Assembly (NCBI RefSeq): GCF_009914755.1
Contig: NC_060932.1
Strand: one strand, 5' to 3'
DNA from: the human T2T-CHM13v2.0 reference genome, Homo sapiens
DNA: 64,000 bases
Below are positions 27,544 through 41,304 of the stretch, in pieces. The position numbers and the translations under genes were made by a program. The number at the start of each line of letters is the position of its first letter. Positions within the stretch are counted from its first letter, which is position 1. The notes under the pieces were generated by a model. That model made no database searches. It saw nothing but the letters and a program-made list of their open reading frames with translations, and had not been told where the DNA came from.

Positions 27544-28706
27544 TAATAAATACACTACTCTGCTGGTGTGCAACAAATGTTGATAGTAGGCTAGGTTGTG
27601 GGTGTGGCAGCGCAGGAGCTATACAGGAACTCTCTGCACATTTTGCCCAATTTTGCTGTCAATGTAAAACTGCTTTAAAAAATAGTATATTTAATTTTTT
27701 AAAAATTAGAAAATTTTCTTGTTTGTAAAATTAAGAAATACTTTTCCCCAGTGCAAGAAAAAAAATAATATTTTTTAAATCAGAAAATATTTTAAACAAA
27801 AAAGTAATAAAATGTTATACATATGATTGTTTAGGACATGCATAATTTATAAGTAATTCTCTAGCCTTAAATATATTTTTGGAAAGAAACAAAGAATAAA
27901 GATGACTAAGCATCCATGTCAAAAATTTTAAATAAATCTAAAAATAATCACAGTGGAATTGGACAAGAGGCTATAATTAATATAAGAATGTAATTAATGA
28001 AAACAAACACAAACGTAGTATAGGAAAACAAAGAAAAAGCTGGCTTTTCAATAGATTTATATGTGAACAAATTATGGTAGGACATCAAGAAAAAGGGAGG
28101 ACTTAAATAACTAATAAAGAAAATAAAATCAAGATAACATTTATTTAAAAGTTAGTAGTATATTGACAACCACTTCCCATCAATATTTTAGAAATTTTAT
28201 TTTCAACTTATAAATTCCTAGAAAAATATAATTCACTGGAGAGGAAAGGATGAAAGCAGGGGGCATGGGATTCATTCCTCTCCTGAGGACATGATAAAGG
28301 CCAGTGACTCATCTGAATCTCTTCCTAAATATGCAGCCACTGGCCTCTTACTCAATGGTACTTGCTAGGCGGAGAAGGCAAGCCCGCATCTATGTAGAGC
28401 TTGTGCAGGCCATCCCTGATTTAGGATTGATTATGGGTTCCCCGAAGAATGTCATAGCAACGATGCAACTTTCTGGGCTGTGAAATGGAGGTCTTTTGTG
28501 AGGTAATCTGTGCATCCCACTCAGGGACATCCTCTGACCCAGTGAGTGAGGCCGGAAGGATGCACCTGGGGGGCTGCCCCCCTCCCATCCCAGCCTGTGC
28601 TGCTGGGTGACAGGTGTCAGTAGCTTTATCAGGGAGGCCTGACACTGGATGAGATCCCTGAATCACGGATTTATGGTTGAGCAACTCAGCCCTTTGTTTT
28701 AGCTTA

Positions 28707-28952
28707 TTTTTTTTTAATTTTTTTTATTATACTTTAAGTTTTAGGGTACATGTGCACATTGTGCAGGTTAGTTACATATGTATACATGTGCCATGCTGGT
28801 GCGCTGCACCCACTAACTCGTCATCTAGCATTAGGTATATCTCCCAATGCTATCCCTCCCCCCTCCCCCCACCCCACCACAGTCCCCAGAGTGTGATATT
28901 CCCCTTCCTGTGTCCATGTGATCTCATTGTTCAATTCCCACCTATGAGTGAG
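28707..28952 (-). mobile_element. Young L1 3' end (L1PA2-type), 5'-truncated
   Basis: Near-consensus antisense 3' UTR with the GAG diagnostic (CTAACTCGTCATCTAGC), not Ta ACA or pre-Ta ACG. Confidence 0.93.
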
Positions 28953-30362
28953 TGTTTCCTCAAGAGGCAGAAAACCAAAATAACAAAACAAGTAAACAAC
29001 TAAAACAAAACAAAACCAAAAAAGCCTTATAGGCATTGAAGTAATAATTTAATTGTTAGAAAAACATAAATAAACTACAAGTCCAGACTGCTTCGAAAAC
29101 AATTTATACTAAATAGCCAAGAAAAAAATATCTTGGAGATGACGACAAAAAGAAGTCTCCCATGAACTTTATAAGGTTATCAAATTTTGAATTTAAAACA
29201 TAACAAGAGATAGTATGAGAAAGACAATACATAAAATAGAAAACCACATCCAGGAATAGTAAAAAAAAATCATTCTTGGTGCCTTTTTTACATTTATATC
29301 AGTGAGGCAAGGTTATTCTATTCAAAAAGTAATAAAGCAATTAGCACTATTAATAGATTGTGAGAATCATACTATAACCTCAATATATAGATTTTTATTA
29401 ACTAATTAAAAATTATTCAAATTCCTGATAACATCTAATAATCTAGCAATCTAGAAATAAAAGAGGACTTTCTTAATCTGATGAAGGAGATATATATGTG
29501 TGTATATATATACGTGTGTGTAGCATATGTACATATTATACATATGTGTGTGTATATATATATATGTTACAGAAACCATCATTCTTTATTTATATATGTT
29601 GGAAATTTTCTATTTGAAACCAGGAACACAGTAAGAACACCAGTAAAACCACTTCCTTTCCATATTGCATTGAAAGTCTTTTCCACCACAGTAAGCACAT
29701 TAATGACAATAACTGACAAACATTTTAATTGTTAGAAAGGAATACAAAGACACCTGCCATACTTTCCAATAGTTGCACACAGCGATGCTCCCAAAATTTA
29801 TAAATAAGATATTAGTAAGAACACTTGAAAAAATGCTGCATGAAATATGAAAATTAAAAAATAAACTTTGTTTAGATACCAGCAATATATACATTAACAC
29901 ATCTATAGCAAATGATACATATAAAATAGACTCCTTTTAATGTCACACAACAATTAAGAATGATCAAAAAGTAAGCCTACCTAAAGCAATAAGAAAAAGA
30001 TACATTTCAAAGGCAAAAACTATTAAAAGACTTTGCAATTCCCCAAAGAGGAAACCCAAATGTTGCATAAAGAAAAGGTGTTCAACCTTACTGATTCTCA
30101 TGGAAATGCAAATTAAAGCCATAAAAACAGATAGACCAAACAAAATTACTAAATGTAACAAGCTCTGATATACATGCAGAGCAACAGGAACTCTCATATT
30201 GCAGGTGGCAGAGTAACATTTACAATGTGGCCGACCAACAGTTTGGCCTTATTTATTAAATTGGAATATCCACATATCCTATAAACCAGGGACTGTACCC
30301 TGAAGAAACCCTTGCACATATACACCTAAATACATGTGAGATTCATAGCAGCATAGTTCATA

Positions 30363-30560
30363 AACAAGGGAATCATAGACACTGTAGACTACTAGAGGGA
30401 AGAGAGAAGTGGGGGCACAGGTGGAAAAACTACCTATTGGGTACAATGCTCACTATCTGGGTGATGGGATCCGTAACCCAAACCTCAGCATCGCACAATA
30501 TACCCATGCAGCAAACCTGCACATGTAACCCTAAATCTAAAATAAAAGTTGAAATATTTT
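30363..30560 (+). mobile_element. L1PA15/16-L1PB-like 3' end
   Basis: AAAAACTACCTATTGGGTACAATGCTCACTATCTGGGTGATGGGATC...AACCTGCACATGTA...AATAAAAGTTGAAA. Confidence 0.8.
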
Positions 30561-31589
30561 TAAAGTGTGAAAATAACCTAGAAGTCTATGAAAAAACTAA
30601 CCAAAAAAGCAAAAATAACCTAGAAGTTTATAAACAAACTAACAAACAAAATCAATATCGGTATGTATTCACACACTAGAATTCCATCAGCAATGGAAAT
30701 GAGAGGATGATGGCTACTTGCTCAATATGAATGAATGTCGCAATCACAATACTGAGTGAATACAACAAGATACAAAAGGAAAAGAACACATTATGATTCC
30801 ATTCAAATGAAGTTTCAAAACTGGCAAGAAATATTGTTTTTAGATGTATAGATATTAAGTAGCACCATGGTTGGAATAAGATGGCTTCTGGCTGAATGAG
30901 GGAGGTTATGAGATTCTGGCGATATTCACTATCTTCATTTGGACAGTCATTAGTAGTTACTAGCTTTAAACACATAAAAGTATACATATATATTTTATGC
31001 ATTGTGTGTGCTTAATTTTTTATAATTAAAGGAAAAAAGTTATACAATTGAAGCATTAAAACAGGACAGTAAGTCCTCTGCTCACCCTTCCCCATTTCAT
31101 GAAGCTTCAAATCCCTTTTGTGGAAGAGACACAGATCACTAAAACAGGTCAGTTTTACTTCAACCACTGGTGCTTACTCAGTTTTCTGTTTTAGTTCCTA
31201 TTACAGCTTCTAAAACATAGTAAGTGCTCAAACACATTTGTTGAGTGAGTGAAGGTCTAACATTTTAAAGAAAATTAATAACTTTTGCTCTGTTGTTTAA
31301 TCCTAATGCAATTCTATTTACTTTTCTTCTAACTTTTTATTTGAAAAATGTCAATCTTAGGAAAAAATTGAAAGAACCCACAAAGTGAACACATATAATA
31401 TCTTCACTGAGATTTATTAATATTAAATAATATTGAACATTATTATTGAATAATATATAACTTTCATTATTAATGTCCAGTGTCGTATTATTACACATGG
31501 TTTCTATCCATCTCAAACTAGTCATTATGTCTTTAAAAAAAAAATAGTCAGAACGTATTTAATGACAATTTATTTGATCCCTGTTGTTT

Positions 31590-32790
31590 TTTTAAAATAC
31601 ATTGAGATATAATTCCCATAACATAATACTTACCCTCTTAAAGTGTATAATTTAGTGGCTTTTAGTCTATTTACAAGGTTGTGCAACCATCACCACTATT
31701 TAATTTCAGAATGTTTCCATCATCTCCAAAACAAACTCTGAAACATTAGCTGTCACTCCTCATTCTCCTTTCCTCCCAGACCTTGGCAACCACTAATATA
31801 TTTTCTATCCCTATGGACTTTCCTATTCTGGACATTTAATATAAATGAAGTCATAAAATCTGTGGTCTTATGTGATTGACTTCTTTCACTTGGCATACTG
31901 TTGCCAAGGTTCATCCATATTGCAGCATACCTGAGTGCTTCATGCTTTTTCATAGATGTATAATATTCCATTGTATGATTTTTACCACATTGTATTTATC
32001 CATTTATTACTTGGTGAACATTTTGATGTTCCCACTTTTTTATTATTATGACTAAAGCTGCTGTTAACATTCATGTGCAAGTTTTTATGTGAACGTATGT
32101 TTTCAATTTTTTTGGATATATATCTAGCGGTGCAGTTGCTGGGTCATATGGACTAACATCATGAGGAACCACAAAACTGTTTTCCAAAGTAGCTGTACAT
32201 TCCCACCAACAATTCATGAAGTTTCCGATTTTTCCTCATCCTCGCCAATGCTTGTTAGTGTCTGTCTTTTTTATTATAGCCATCCGAGTGGATGTGAAGG
32301 GGTAACTGACTCTAGTTTTAATTTGCATATAATTAGCGACTTTTTGATGCTTATGATTTTGGTGTCACATCTAAGAAACTATTGCCTAACTTAAGAGCTC
32401 AAGATTCATTCCTAAATTTTCTTCTGAGAATTTAACAGTTTAGCTTTTCCATTTTTGTCTTTGGTCCGTTTTGAGCAAACTTTTTTATATGCCATGTTGT
32501 AGAGGCCAACTGTATTTATTTACTTATTTATTTAGTTAGTTATTTTTGCTTGTGGATTTCCAGTTGTTCCAGCACCATTTGTTTAAGAAGCTGTTCTTTT
32601 CTCATTGGATGATCTTAGCACATTATTGGAAATCAATTTGCTATAAATGTAAGTTTTTGTTTTTTGAACTCTCAATTTTATTCCATTGATGTTGATGTCC
32701 AGTCTCATCCAAATATTACACAATTTTATTATTGTACCTTTGTACTAAATTTTGAAAGAGATGGGTGTGAGCCCATTCACTTTTATTCAA
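31590..32790 (-). mobile_element. L1MB-type 3' region
   Basis: TTGTGCAACCATCACCACTA, CCTATTCTGGACATTT, TTCCAGTTGTTCCAGCACCATTTG. Confidence 0.85.
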
Positions 32791-33267
32791 CCTGTTTGAT
32801 GCTTATTAATTCATGTGATGCATATTTATTGGTAACCTCCTGGACTTGGTTGTGGAGGTTTGGCAGGGATATCGCTACATATTTATGGTCTCTGCTTAGG
32901 TTAGGAATAACGTGGGAAAGGGAAAAGGCATAAATGTGAAAAGATAAGTAAACCTATAATTTATATCCAAGATGTTTCTTTCTTTCTGTCTCTCAACAAA
33001 TTCATAACAGAAATTAAATACTCTGAGAAGGAAAAGTGAATAAATAGTACAATCTGTGAGATGAGTGTGTGGACGTAAGTCTCTTATCTAGTTAGGATGT
33101 CTGGGCTGCTATTCAAAACATAAACCTAAATTTGACTGGGTTATTCTCTAGTCTTTATAAGGTATACCTTACTTAAATTGATACCTTCCCTGATTACACA
33201 TACCTTTCCTTGCAGCAAGCATCTTTCCTGGCCATGATCACCTCTCCTGGTCATATATACTATATAG

Positions 33268-33268
<1 letters not shown>

Positions 33269-33320
<52 letters not shown>
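33269..33320. repeat. (TCTA)13 tetranucleotide STR
   Basis: Perfect 52 bp run; degenerate copies continue to ~33350. Confidence 0.95.
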
Positions 33321-34183
33321 CTCAACCCACCTATCTACCTATCTATTTATCATATCATTTTTGTAATATTATCATGTAGACTTTCTTTGAGAGAAAATAT
33401 AATAGAATGGTATTTTCAAATTAGGCAATTCACAAAGATTTCAGCCAATTTTCAATTCAATATAAAATAACTGATGCAAGGTGAAAATGCTATGATAAAG
33501 ACTAATGCGAAAGTGGAAGAGACCTCAGAGAGAAGGTGGGACTAAATTACTCACTGGAAATTATACCCCTGAAGAGTATGTGTTTAATGATAGAGTTTGC
33601 TCTGGAATGTGAAATAATTGCAAAATAAAGGTAATAATTGCCATTGTCATGATTATGTCGACAAGTCCTATGACATTTCATCAAAAATACAGATGCAAAT
33701 ATAAGAGCAACATGTTTGTGTATGCATGTGAAAACAGAACCATGTGTGAACAAGTAAATAAGTTGGTTTAAAATCTAATCTCCATAAGAAAATATGGGTT
33801 TCTTCATGAAACTTCCATCAGCAAAATAGCTCAAATGGGATAGGATTAGATGAGCAACCTGGAGAAAAAAAAATGCTGAAACAAAGGAATTGTTTCTCTT
33901 TGAATTTGTGAGGGAAAAATGTTAAACATATTTTCAAAAGAAACTATTATTTATCTTCATGAGAAAGCATAATAAATCAATGCCAATGCTGATTTAGCAC
34001 CAGTAAGTTTAAGCCATCCCGTACCATAAAGGTTGAAGAAGGCAGAAAAGGTGTTGACTAGATCATTGGTTAATAAAACTGACCAAACAGTTGTAGGAAG
34101 CATTTGAAAGTATGAATTTAAGAACTTATTCCAGACTTGCTAAATTTTAATCTTATCTGTGGAATGAGACAGCAGCCAAGCAG

Positions 34184-34185
<2 letters not shown>

Positions 34186-34220
<35 letters not shown>

Positions 34221-34227
34221 TGTGTGT
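34186..34227. repeat. (GT)n microsatellite
   Basis: GT run with one interruption. Confidence 0.95.
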
Positions 34228-35654
34228 TAAAGCGCTTCTGAATGTTCCGATGACATCTTCTTAGAAGAAATGTTTGGAGAGCAACCTACTCCGATGAGGA
34301 CTTTGATGCATGTCTTAGGGGATTCCCATACTATTTCACTCACAAAGGGCCCCCAAAGCCATTAATTCCTTTTTTTTTTTTTTTTGGTGTCAAGCACAGG
34401 CCTTCAATGACTGCAGAGATGCTTAGGAAGAATTTTACAAATGGGAAATGCTGGGTCACTGGAAAAAAAGTGGCTTCATGTGAGGAAGGAGATGTAAACC
34501 AAAAAAAAAAAAAAAAGAAAAAGAAAAAAAAATCATGCAGCCCAGGTGACTCTATCCAAATGCACACCGGCTCCCATTTTCCCAGCCCTGGTTAAGACAG
34601 ACAGGAGAAATCAAACAAAGGTTTGTAGAACCCAACTGATGTATGCTCAGCCAGGACATCTCTCCTGTGCTCTTGGCACAATCCTTTGTCACCAGCCTGC
34701 AGCTCTGGCCCAGTGTTGGAAGCCAGATTTCCCCAAACCTTGGCAACTGCAAAACCCAACACTGCAATTCACCTGATAGCCTGGCAGATGTACTCACTTA
34801 CAGTCTTTCAAATTTGTATCCTAACTTCATTCTCCCTTCATCTTCCCTATTGGACTATGAGGTATAACTGTGCCTTTTCTATTTTTTAAATGCTCGGCTG
34901 CTATATCTGCGATCTTCCCTCTGACATGGATAGCAGTGAACTCTGGCATTTACATTTTAAAGGGACGAATTGATTATGTGAAAGTGAATCCAATTAAAAC
35001 TAATTAAAGTTGAAACTAAAAATGTTTATGAACACTGAAAAAAATCCTAATTGGAATGGTTCACAGAGAGACTTATTCAGCAATTGTTGAGTTTCCAATA
35101 TGCAAAGAACTAGGGGTCATTGCAAACTAGTGGATATAATTTAAAGGGCTTAGTGCAGGCATAAGGACCCTTAACAGAGTTAACCAAAATGTTGTCAGCT
35201 GACTTAACGCCTTTTAAAAAATAAATTTTATAATTGATTTAGATACAAAGAACATTTTCCTTTTTTTTAATGTGGCTCCTCTATCTGCTTTGAAAATTCA
35301 GTGTGCTGAAAGTGTCGAGGTCCCTTTTGCTACAGTTTCCCTGTTTATTAATATGAGTTCATTTTATAGGGAATCTGAATATAAACAACTCGAAATTTTA
35401 GAGAATTATGGTGGAAGTATCACTCACGTTTGGTAATTAAAATACAAATTGTCAAATTGGTTCAAATAAAGTAATAAATATATCAAGTACTTTTGAGAAT
35501 GAAAAATATAAAAAATGATTTCCTCCAGAAAATTCACTTTGGCACTATTTATGCTTTTTTACAATATGCTCTGTTTTCTGCAATTTGAAAAATGTGTCAC
35601 TATTATGTAAAATTCTTCCTGCCACTTACTCATTCCACTTCCTGACTTTTCTTT

Positions 35655-36450
<796 letters not shown>

Positions 36451-37520
36451 AATTCTGGCTTTTTATTTGTACTGTTTCAAGGTGAACTAGAACATTTAAA
36501 ATTCTCTATGTAGCTCACATTACATTTCTATTGGAGAGTACTGATGGAGATCTAACTATGGTTTTTCAGGAAATATGAAGGACAATGAAACATGCTAACC
36601 ACACCACTGGGATCTAGTCAGCTACACTCAAAATGTGGAAACCATAGTGAACAAATGATTAGGCTTTTTTCAACAACTAATGACAAGGGAAACCAGAGGT
36701 AAAAAGGGTCATGTGAAAAATACCAACCAAATGCAATGTGTAGCTTTTCAGACTGTGATTTTACATTTCCTTTTAGAGTTATTCAGCTGTCTTGGAGGCA
36801 GCCAGTTTTCTTTTCTTTCTCCTTTCCTCTCTTCTTTCCTGCCTTCCTCCCTCCTCCTTCTGAGTTCCTTTTTGAAACATTATTCCTGTCAGATCCACAA
36901 GCTAATATTTTTGGCATAGTCATTGACTTGTCCCTCCCTTCTTTTCTTTATCCTATCAGTGATCAGTCTTAAATTCGGCCTTGTCCTTATCTTTGAACCT
37001 GCCTCTCCCTTCCCTGGCTACAAAAGTAGCCTCATTATTGGTTCCCTGACTCCTTTCAAATCCATGCCATGCCACTCTGTCTTATTTTCTGAAACCCAAA
37101 TTCTAATCATTCCATGACCTTGACTATTAACCTCCATTGGCTACCCACAACTGACCATGTAATTCCTTGGTGTAATTTGTAAAGCTATTCTCAAGCTGAG
37201 CCCAATTGTCTCTCGAATCTCATATATGATCATTGCCCATGATGTGTTCCCAAATAACAGGATCAGCTCAGTGTGTGCCAAGCATTTTGCATGCCTTAGC
37301 TAATTTAATCCACATAATAATCCTAGAAGGTAGATAATAATTATAATCCCCACTATTTTGTAGACAAAGGAGCATGTGCATGTTTATTAAATTGGATACT
37401 CAGGATGAAAATCATCACTACATAGACAGGATTCAAATTAATTGCAGGGCTATACTATTCTTCCAGTGCCAAAAGGTGCATTTGTGGAATTTCTCTTTGT
37501 CCCTCCCTATCTTACCATGC

Positions 37521-37581
37521 CTTCTTTTCTTTTCTTTTCTTTTCTTTTCTTTTCTTTTCTTTTCTTTTCTTTTTTTTCTTT

Positions 37582-37637
<56 letters not shown>

Positions 37638-37702
37638 TCCTTCCTCTCTCTCTCTCTTCCTTCCTTCCTTCCTTCCCTCCTTCTTTCTTTTTCTTCCTTT
37701 CT
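37521..37702. repeat. Compound (TTTTC)n-(TTTC)n-(CT)n-(TTCC)n polypyrimidine tract
   Basis: About 180 bp of pyrimidines on the + strand. Confidence 0.95.
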
Positions 37703-37739
37703 CCCATTGTTTCTTGGACTTCATAACAAGAGTTTATTT

Positions 37740-38350
37740 TTTTCCTATGAAAATATAAATTTAAACTAGATAACATATTTTGACTGTGTAATAAATTTGT
37801 ACAAATTGTATTAAATTTCAAATCTTGTTCTAGATGTTGCTCTTTTCCTTCAGCATTATGTTTGTTGGAAATCTCACCATGTTGTTTCTGAAGCTTTAGT
37901 TCAGTATGTGTAAGTGTTTCATAGTATTCCACAGTGGTGCCCTATCACGTTTTACCAGTCTGTCTCCTAGAGATGGATTCTTAGGTTATTTTCAATTATC
38001 AGATACTATGCATAGTAGTGAAATAAGACTTTAGGATATTTCACTGATTAACTTATGAGTGTGCCGATTCAAAATGTTTTCACATTTTAAATTTTATTTA
38101 GTACTGCAGACTGTTTTTAGAATGGCCATTTCAATTTATACTTACTCTTTCCACTAGCGTGTTAAAATTTCTGTTCTCTAACATTCTGTATAAACTTTGG
38201 CATTAGCCACCCTTTAACTTTACCGTTCTAATGGGTATAAATTCATATGTTGGCAACTAAATTTGTATCTGTATTACTACTAGTGAATGTGAGAATCTCT
38301 TTAATTTTCTTTCAACCATTAGGCCCTCATCTATAGCTTGTCTATTTATA
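37740..38350 (-). mobile_element. Old L1ME remnant
   Basis: TTCAGCATTATGTTTGTTGGAAATCTCACCATGTTG, ATAGTATTCCA, TTAGGTTATTTTCAATT. Confidence 0.55.
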
Positions 38351-38451
38351 GTCAGTTGCCAATAAATAGTTTAATTGAATAAGACCCTTGTCATTGACCA
38401 CTTAGTATACACACCACAAATGCTCACTTAATAAAAAGCAATGTACTACAC

Positions 38452-38598
38452 TTTGTTTGTTGTTGTTGTTGGTTTTTTCTGAAACAGACTCCCACTATGT
38501 AAACCATGCTGGTCTTGAACTCCTGGGCTCAAACAATCTTTTCCACTTTAGCCTCCCGAGTAACTAGAATTACAGGTTTAGGCCACCGTGCCTGGCCT
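38452..38598 (-). mobile_element. FLAM/Alu monomer
   Basis: GCTGGTCTTGAACTCCTGGGCTCAA...GCCACCGTGCCTGGCC. Confidence 0.8.
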
Positions 38599-39629
38599 GC
38601 TTATTTTGTATGTCAAATTCCTGCTATGTCTTTTGAGTTGGCTCAGTTAACCATGGGTAACAAGGCATAAAATGACCTTTTCAAACTATTAGTCATTAAG
38701 CCTTTTAAAATAACCAAAATGAACAACTTGTTCTCTGTGGTATATTCTATGTTTAGCAAAGGCCCACCCTCAATTTCTCTATTCTGCTAGAAAGCATTGG
38801 GTTTCAGAAGTTCTAACCATGGGCTTCTTGGAAAGTCAGCAGCTCCTGAGAGGTCTAGGGTCTAGCAGGCCGAGAGCATCTCTTTTCTGCCTTTTACTTA
38901 AAAACGAAAAATGAGGAACAATAAAATATGTGGAGTAAAATATAAGCAAAACTGAAAAAGTCTTATGATACACAGTAATAAGATAATACATGAGAGGATA
39001 TTTGAATTCGACATAGCATGAGATGATTTCTTGGCTTCTGGGAGTTGACTCCATCAGGCTTTGGTCTGTATAATCTGGAGTCTGTGAAATTTGAGGTGCT
39101 TGGGTTGAACAAAACCAATACAGAGAAATTGCACACTGAGTCCTTGAGGTGGCAGGATGGCACAAACCAAATGCCCTGAAAGACCTGGGAAACTGCACCA
39201 AAAGGTAGTCAGCTAGGTAACATGCACCAAATACATTGAGCAGGGATGTGCAAAATGCCTCGAAAGACAGAGGATCCCAGCACCCAGGCGGTATTGTAAT
39301 CACATATCTGAGGAATGGCTGTGCCCACTCTTGGGGTGGGTGGTGGTTGGTTAGCTTAGCGAAAAAGTAGATTTTCCTGGGAAATACTGTCTCAGTGAAA
39401 AGGGGAATGGCTAATTCAGTCACAGTGGCAGGTGTATCTTTATTTCTACCTGCTTTATCTCTTAACTTGATTATATACAATATGAAATTCATGTAAAAAA
39501 ATCCTTTATTTTGACTCTGTTTTTTATGAAGCAAACTTTCATAACATTTGGCTTCCTCTCAGGTTTGCTCAAGGAGAGACAATGTGTTCAACAGATGACA
39601 TTTCTGTACAGTCTCTTTCACCAAATGAC

Positions 39630-39990
39630 GTTTTGTAAATACTTATTGAGGACCTAACATGTGCCCAATATTGTACTAACAACAGAGAACTCAAAACAGT
39701 TATGACCCTGTCCTCACAGAACTTGTAGTCAGATGGTAGAGAGAGATACCAAATATTAAACACAGAAATATTGAATATTTTAAGTATGTAATCATACATG
39801 TGAAAATAGAACACATGTTGCAAAAACATCATGAGACAGGATACTGCTTATGTGAATACTTTAGTCTCAGGGGTCAGGAATGACTGCTCTGAGGAAATGA
39901 TCTCTTAGCTGATATTCTAAGTTTAAAAAACTTTAACTGATAAAATCAACATATGTTTGATGGAGCAACGTTTAAGGCACTGTTGGAACA
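39630..39990 (-). mobile_element. L2 remnant
   Basis: AAATACTTATTGAGGACCTAACATGTGCC, CCCTGTCCTCACAGAACTTGTAGTC. Confidence 0.6.
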
Positions 39991-40437
39991 GCCCTTGCCA
40001 TTTAGAGATGGGAACGTGGACTGGACTGAATTCATCAATAAAATGCCCCTTTGTGGGATGCATCTGAGTGGGGCACCCCCTCTTCTCAGGACAAACTCTT
40101 CAGTCCTGTAGCACTCTGCATTCAAGCTCTGACAACGCAAGAGTGGGTGGTTTCACAAAGGGGGGTTTCCCTTTGACCCTTTCCCTGCTTTCTGTCCAAA
40201 AAATATGAATATAACAACTCCAGCCTCCGTGCAGTTCCTTTTGAGGAGACTTAACATTGCTGAAGAGGTTGAACAGCTCCCTTCTAGAAGAGCCACCCTC
40301 TTCCCAGAAGAAGTTGTCTTTATGGAACTCCTACACCTTTAAGGCTCACCAGAATGGTCACCTCACTTATAACTGATATTCAGAATCTGATATCACTTTC
40401 TTCTGACTTTTCCTCTGAAATTCATTAAACAAATGTT

Positions 40438-40542
40438 TATATATTATATATTATATTAATATATATTTACATTAATTTATATACATTATATATTTATATT
40501 TATATATTATATATTTACATTAACTTTTATATATATATATAT
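40438..40542. repeat. AT-rich (TA)n-derived repeat
   Basis: About 100 bp almost exclusively A/T, with TATATTTACATTAA twice. Confidence 0.9.
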
Positions 40543-41304
40543 GCATATTTGAAATGGCTCTGAAGCTGGTCATGGAGGCCTTTGCACCTGCTTCAGTTTC
40601 ATGGGCAGCCTGGCCTGCGGCCTGAGTGAGCCCCTCTGGGCTCTGGCTGCCTGCCTGCCTTGAAGTCTGGCTGATGTTCCAGCTGGAAGCCTGTGTCACA
40701 TTCCACTAGCAGATGTCCTGAACTCTGGGATAAGTCTCTAATTGAAGGGTAGGAAGCTTTCTGGATAGAGGTTGGATTTGTCATTCTAATATATGTTAAT
40801 CTGTCTAGAAGGATATAAATGACCTTTTCTCTCTCGCTTTTACCATTTTGTGTTTATTTACTTGTTTTTAGATTAATAGATTTTATTAGTATGCAAGACC
40901 TACTGTGAACATTGCACTGGAGTAAAAATTTCGAGAAGTGTTCAGACATATGTTGGTCATATGTTTGACATGAAAAGGTATACAATCTAGTGGCATATAT
41001 GAGAATGTACACAAATAATTAGAGATAAATATAGCTCAAAAAGACAAAAGGGAGGAAGGGTACGCTAAATATAGACTAGGACAGACCTGCCTTTTCAATC
41101 TGAACATTAGTAGAGAGGAGTAAAGGTAATATTGTAAACCTTGCCCACAAAATCTGATAAGAAGTTTTCTGAATTGATGCCCTATTTGTCTTGACTGAGA
41201 CCTACCCAGGACTGAAGACAAGGAAAAATTTACTAACAAGTAACACAACTTTCATTTGCATATCACTTTCCAGCTTACAAAGCTCTTTATAGACAACATA
41301 TTTC

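Larger units (their letters stand above)
27700..31030 (+). mobile_element. Highly diverged L1M (ORF2 to 3' end), interrupted at 28237-28952 and 30363-30560
   Basis: A-rich ORF2-like motifs AAATTCCTAGAAAAATATAA, GGAAATGCAAATTAAAGCC, GCAACAGGAACTCTCATA, ATGATTCCATTCAAATGAAGTTTCAAAA. Confidence 0.6.

Noticed and set aside
31084-31153. Possible small exon ending CAG|GTCAGT at 31147
   Set aside because: No convincing upstream acceptor with a polypyrimidine tract; cannot be supported from sequence alone.
37374-37932. F/S/L-rich and K/E/R-rich ORFs
   Set aside because: Translations of the (TTTC)n microsatellite.
38836-39534. Longest ORF (232 aa, - strand)
   Set aside because: Non-ATG start, no recognisable domain, no exon or retrocopy hallmarks; consistent with a chance frame.
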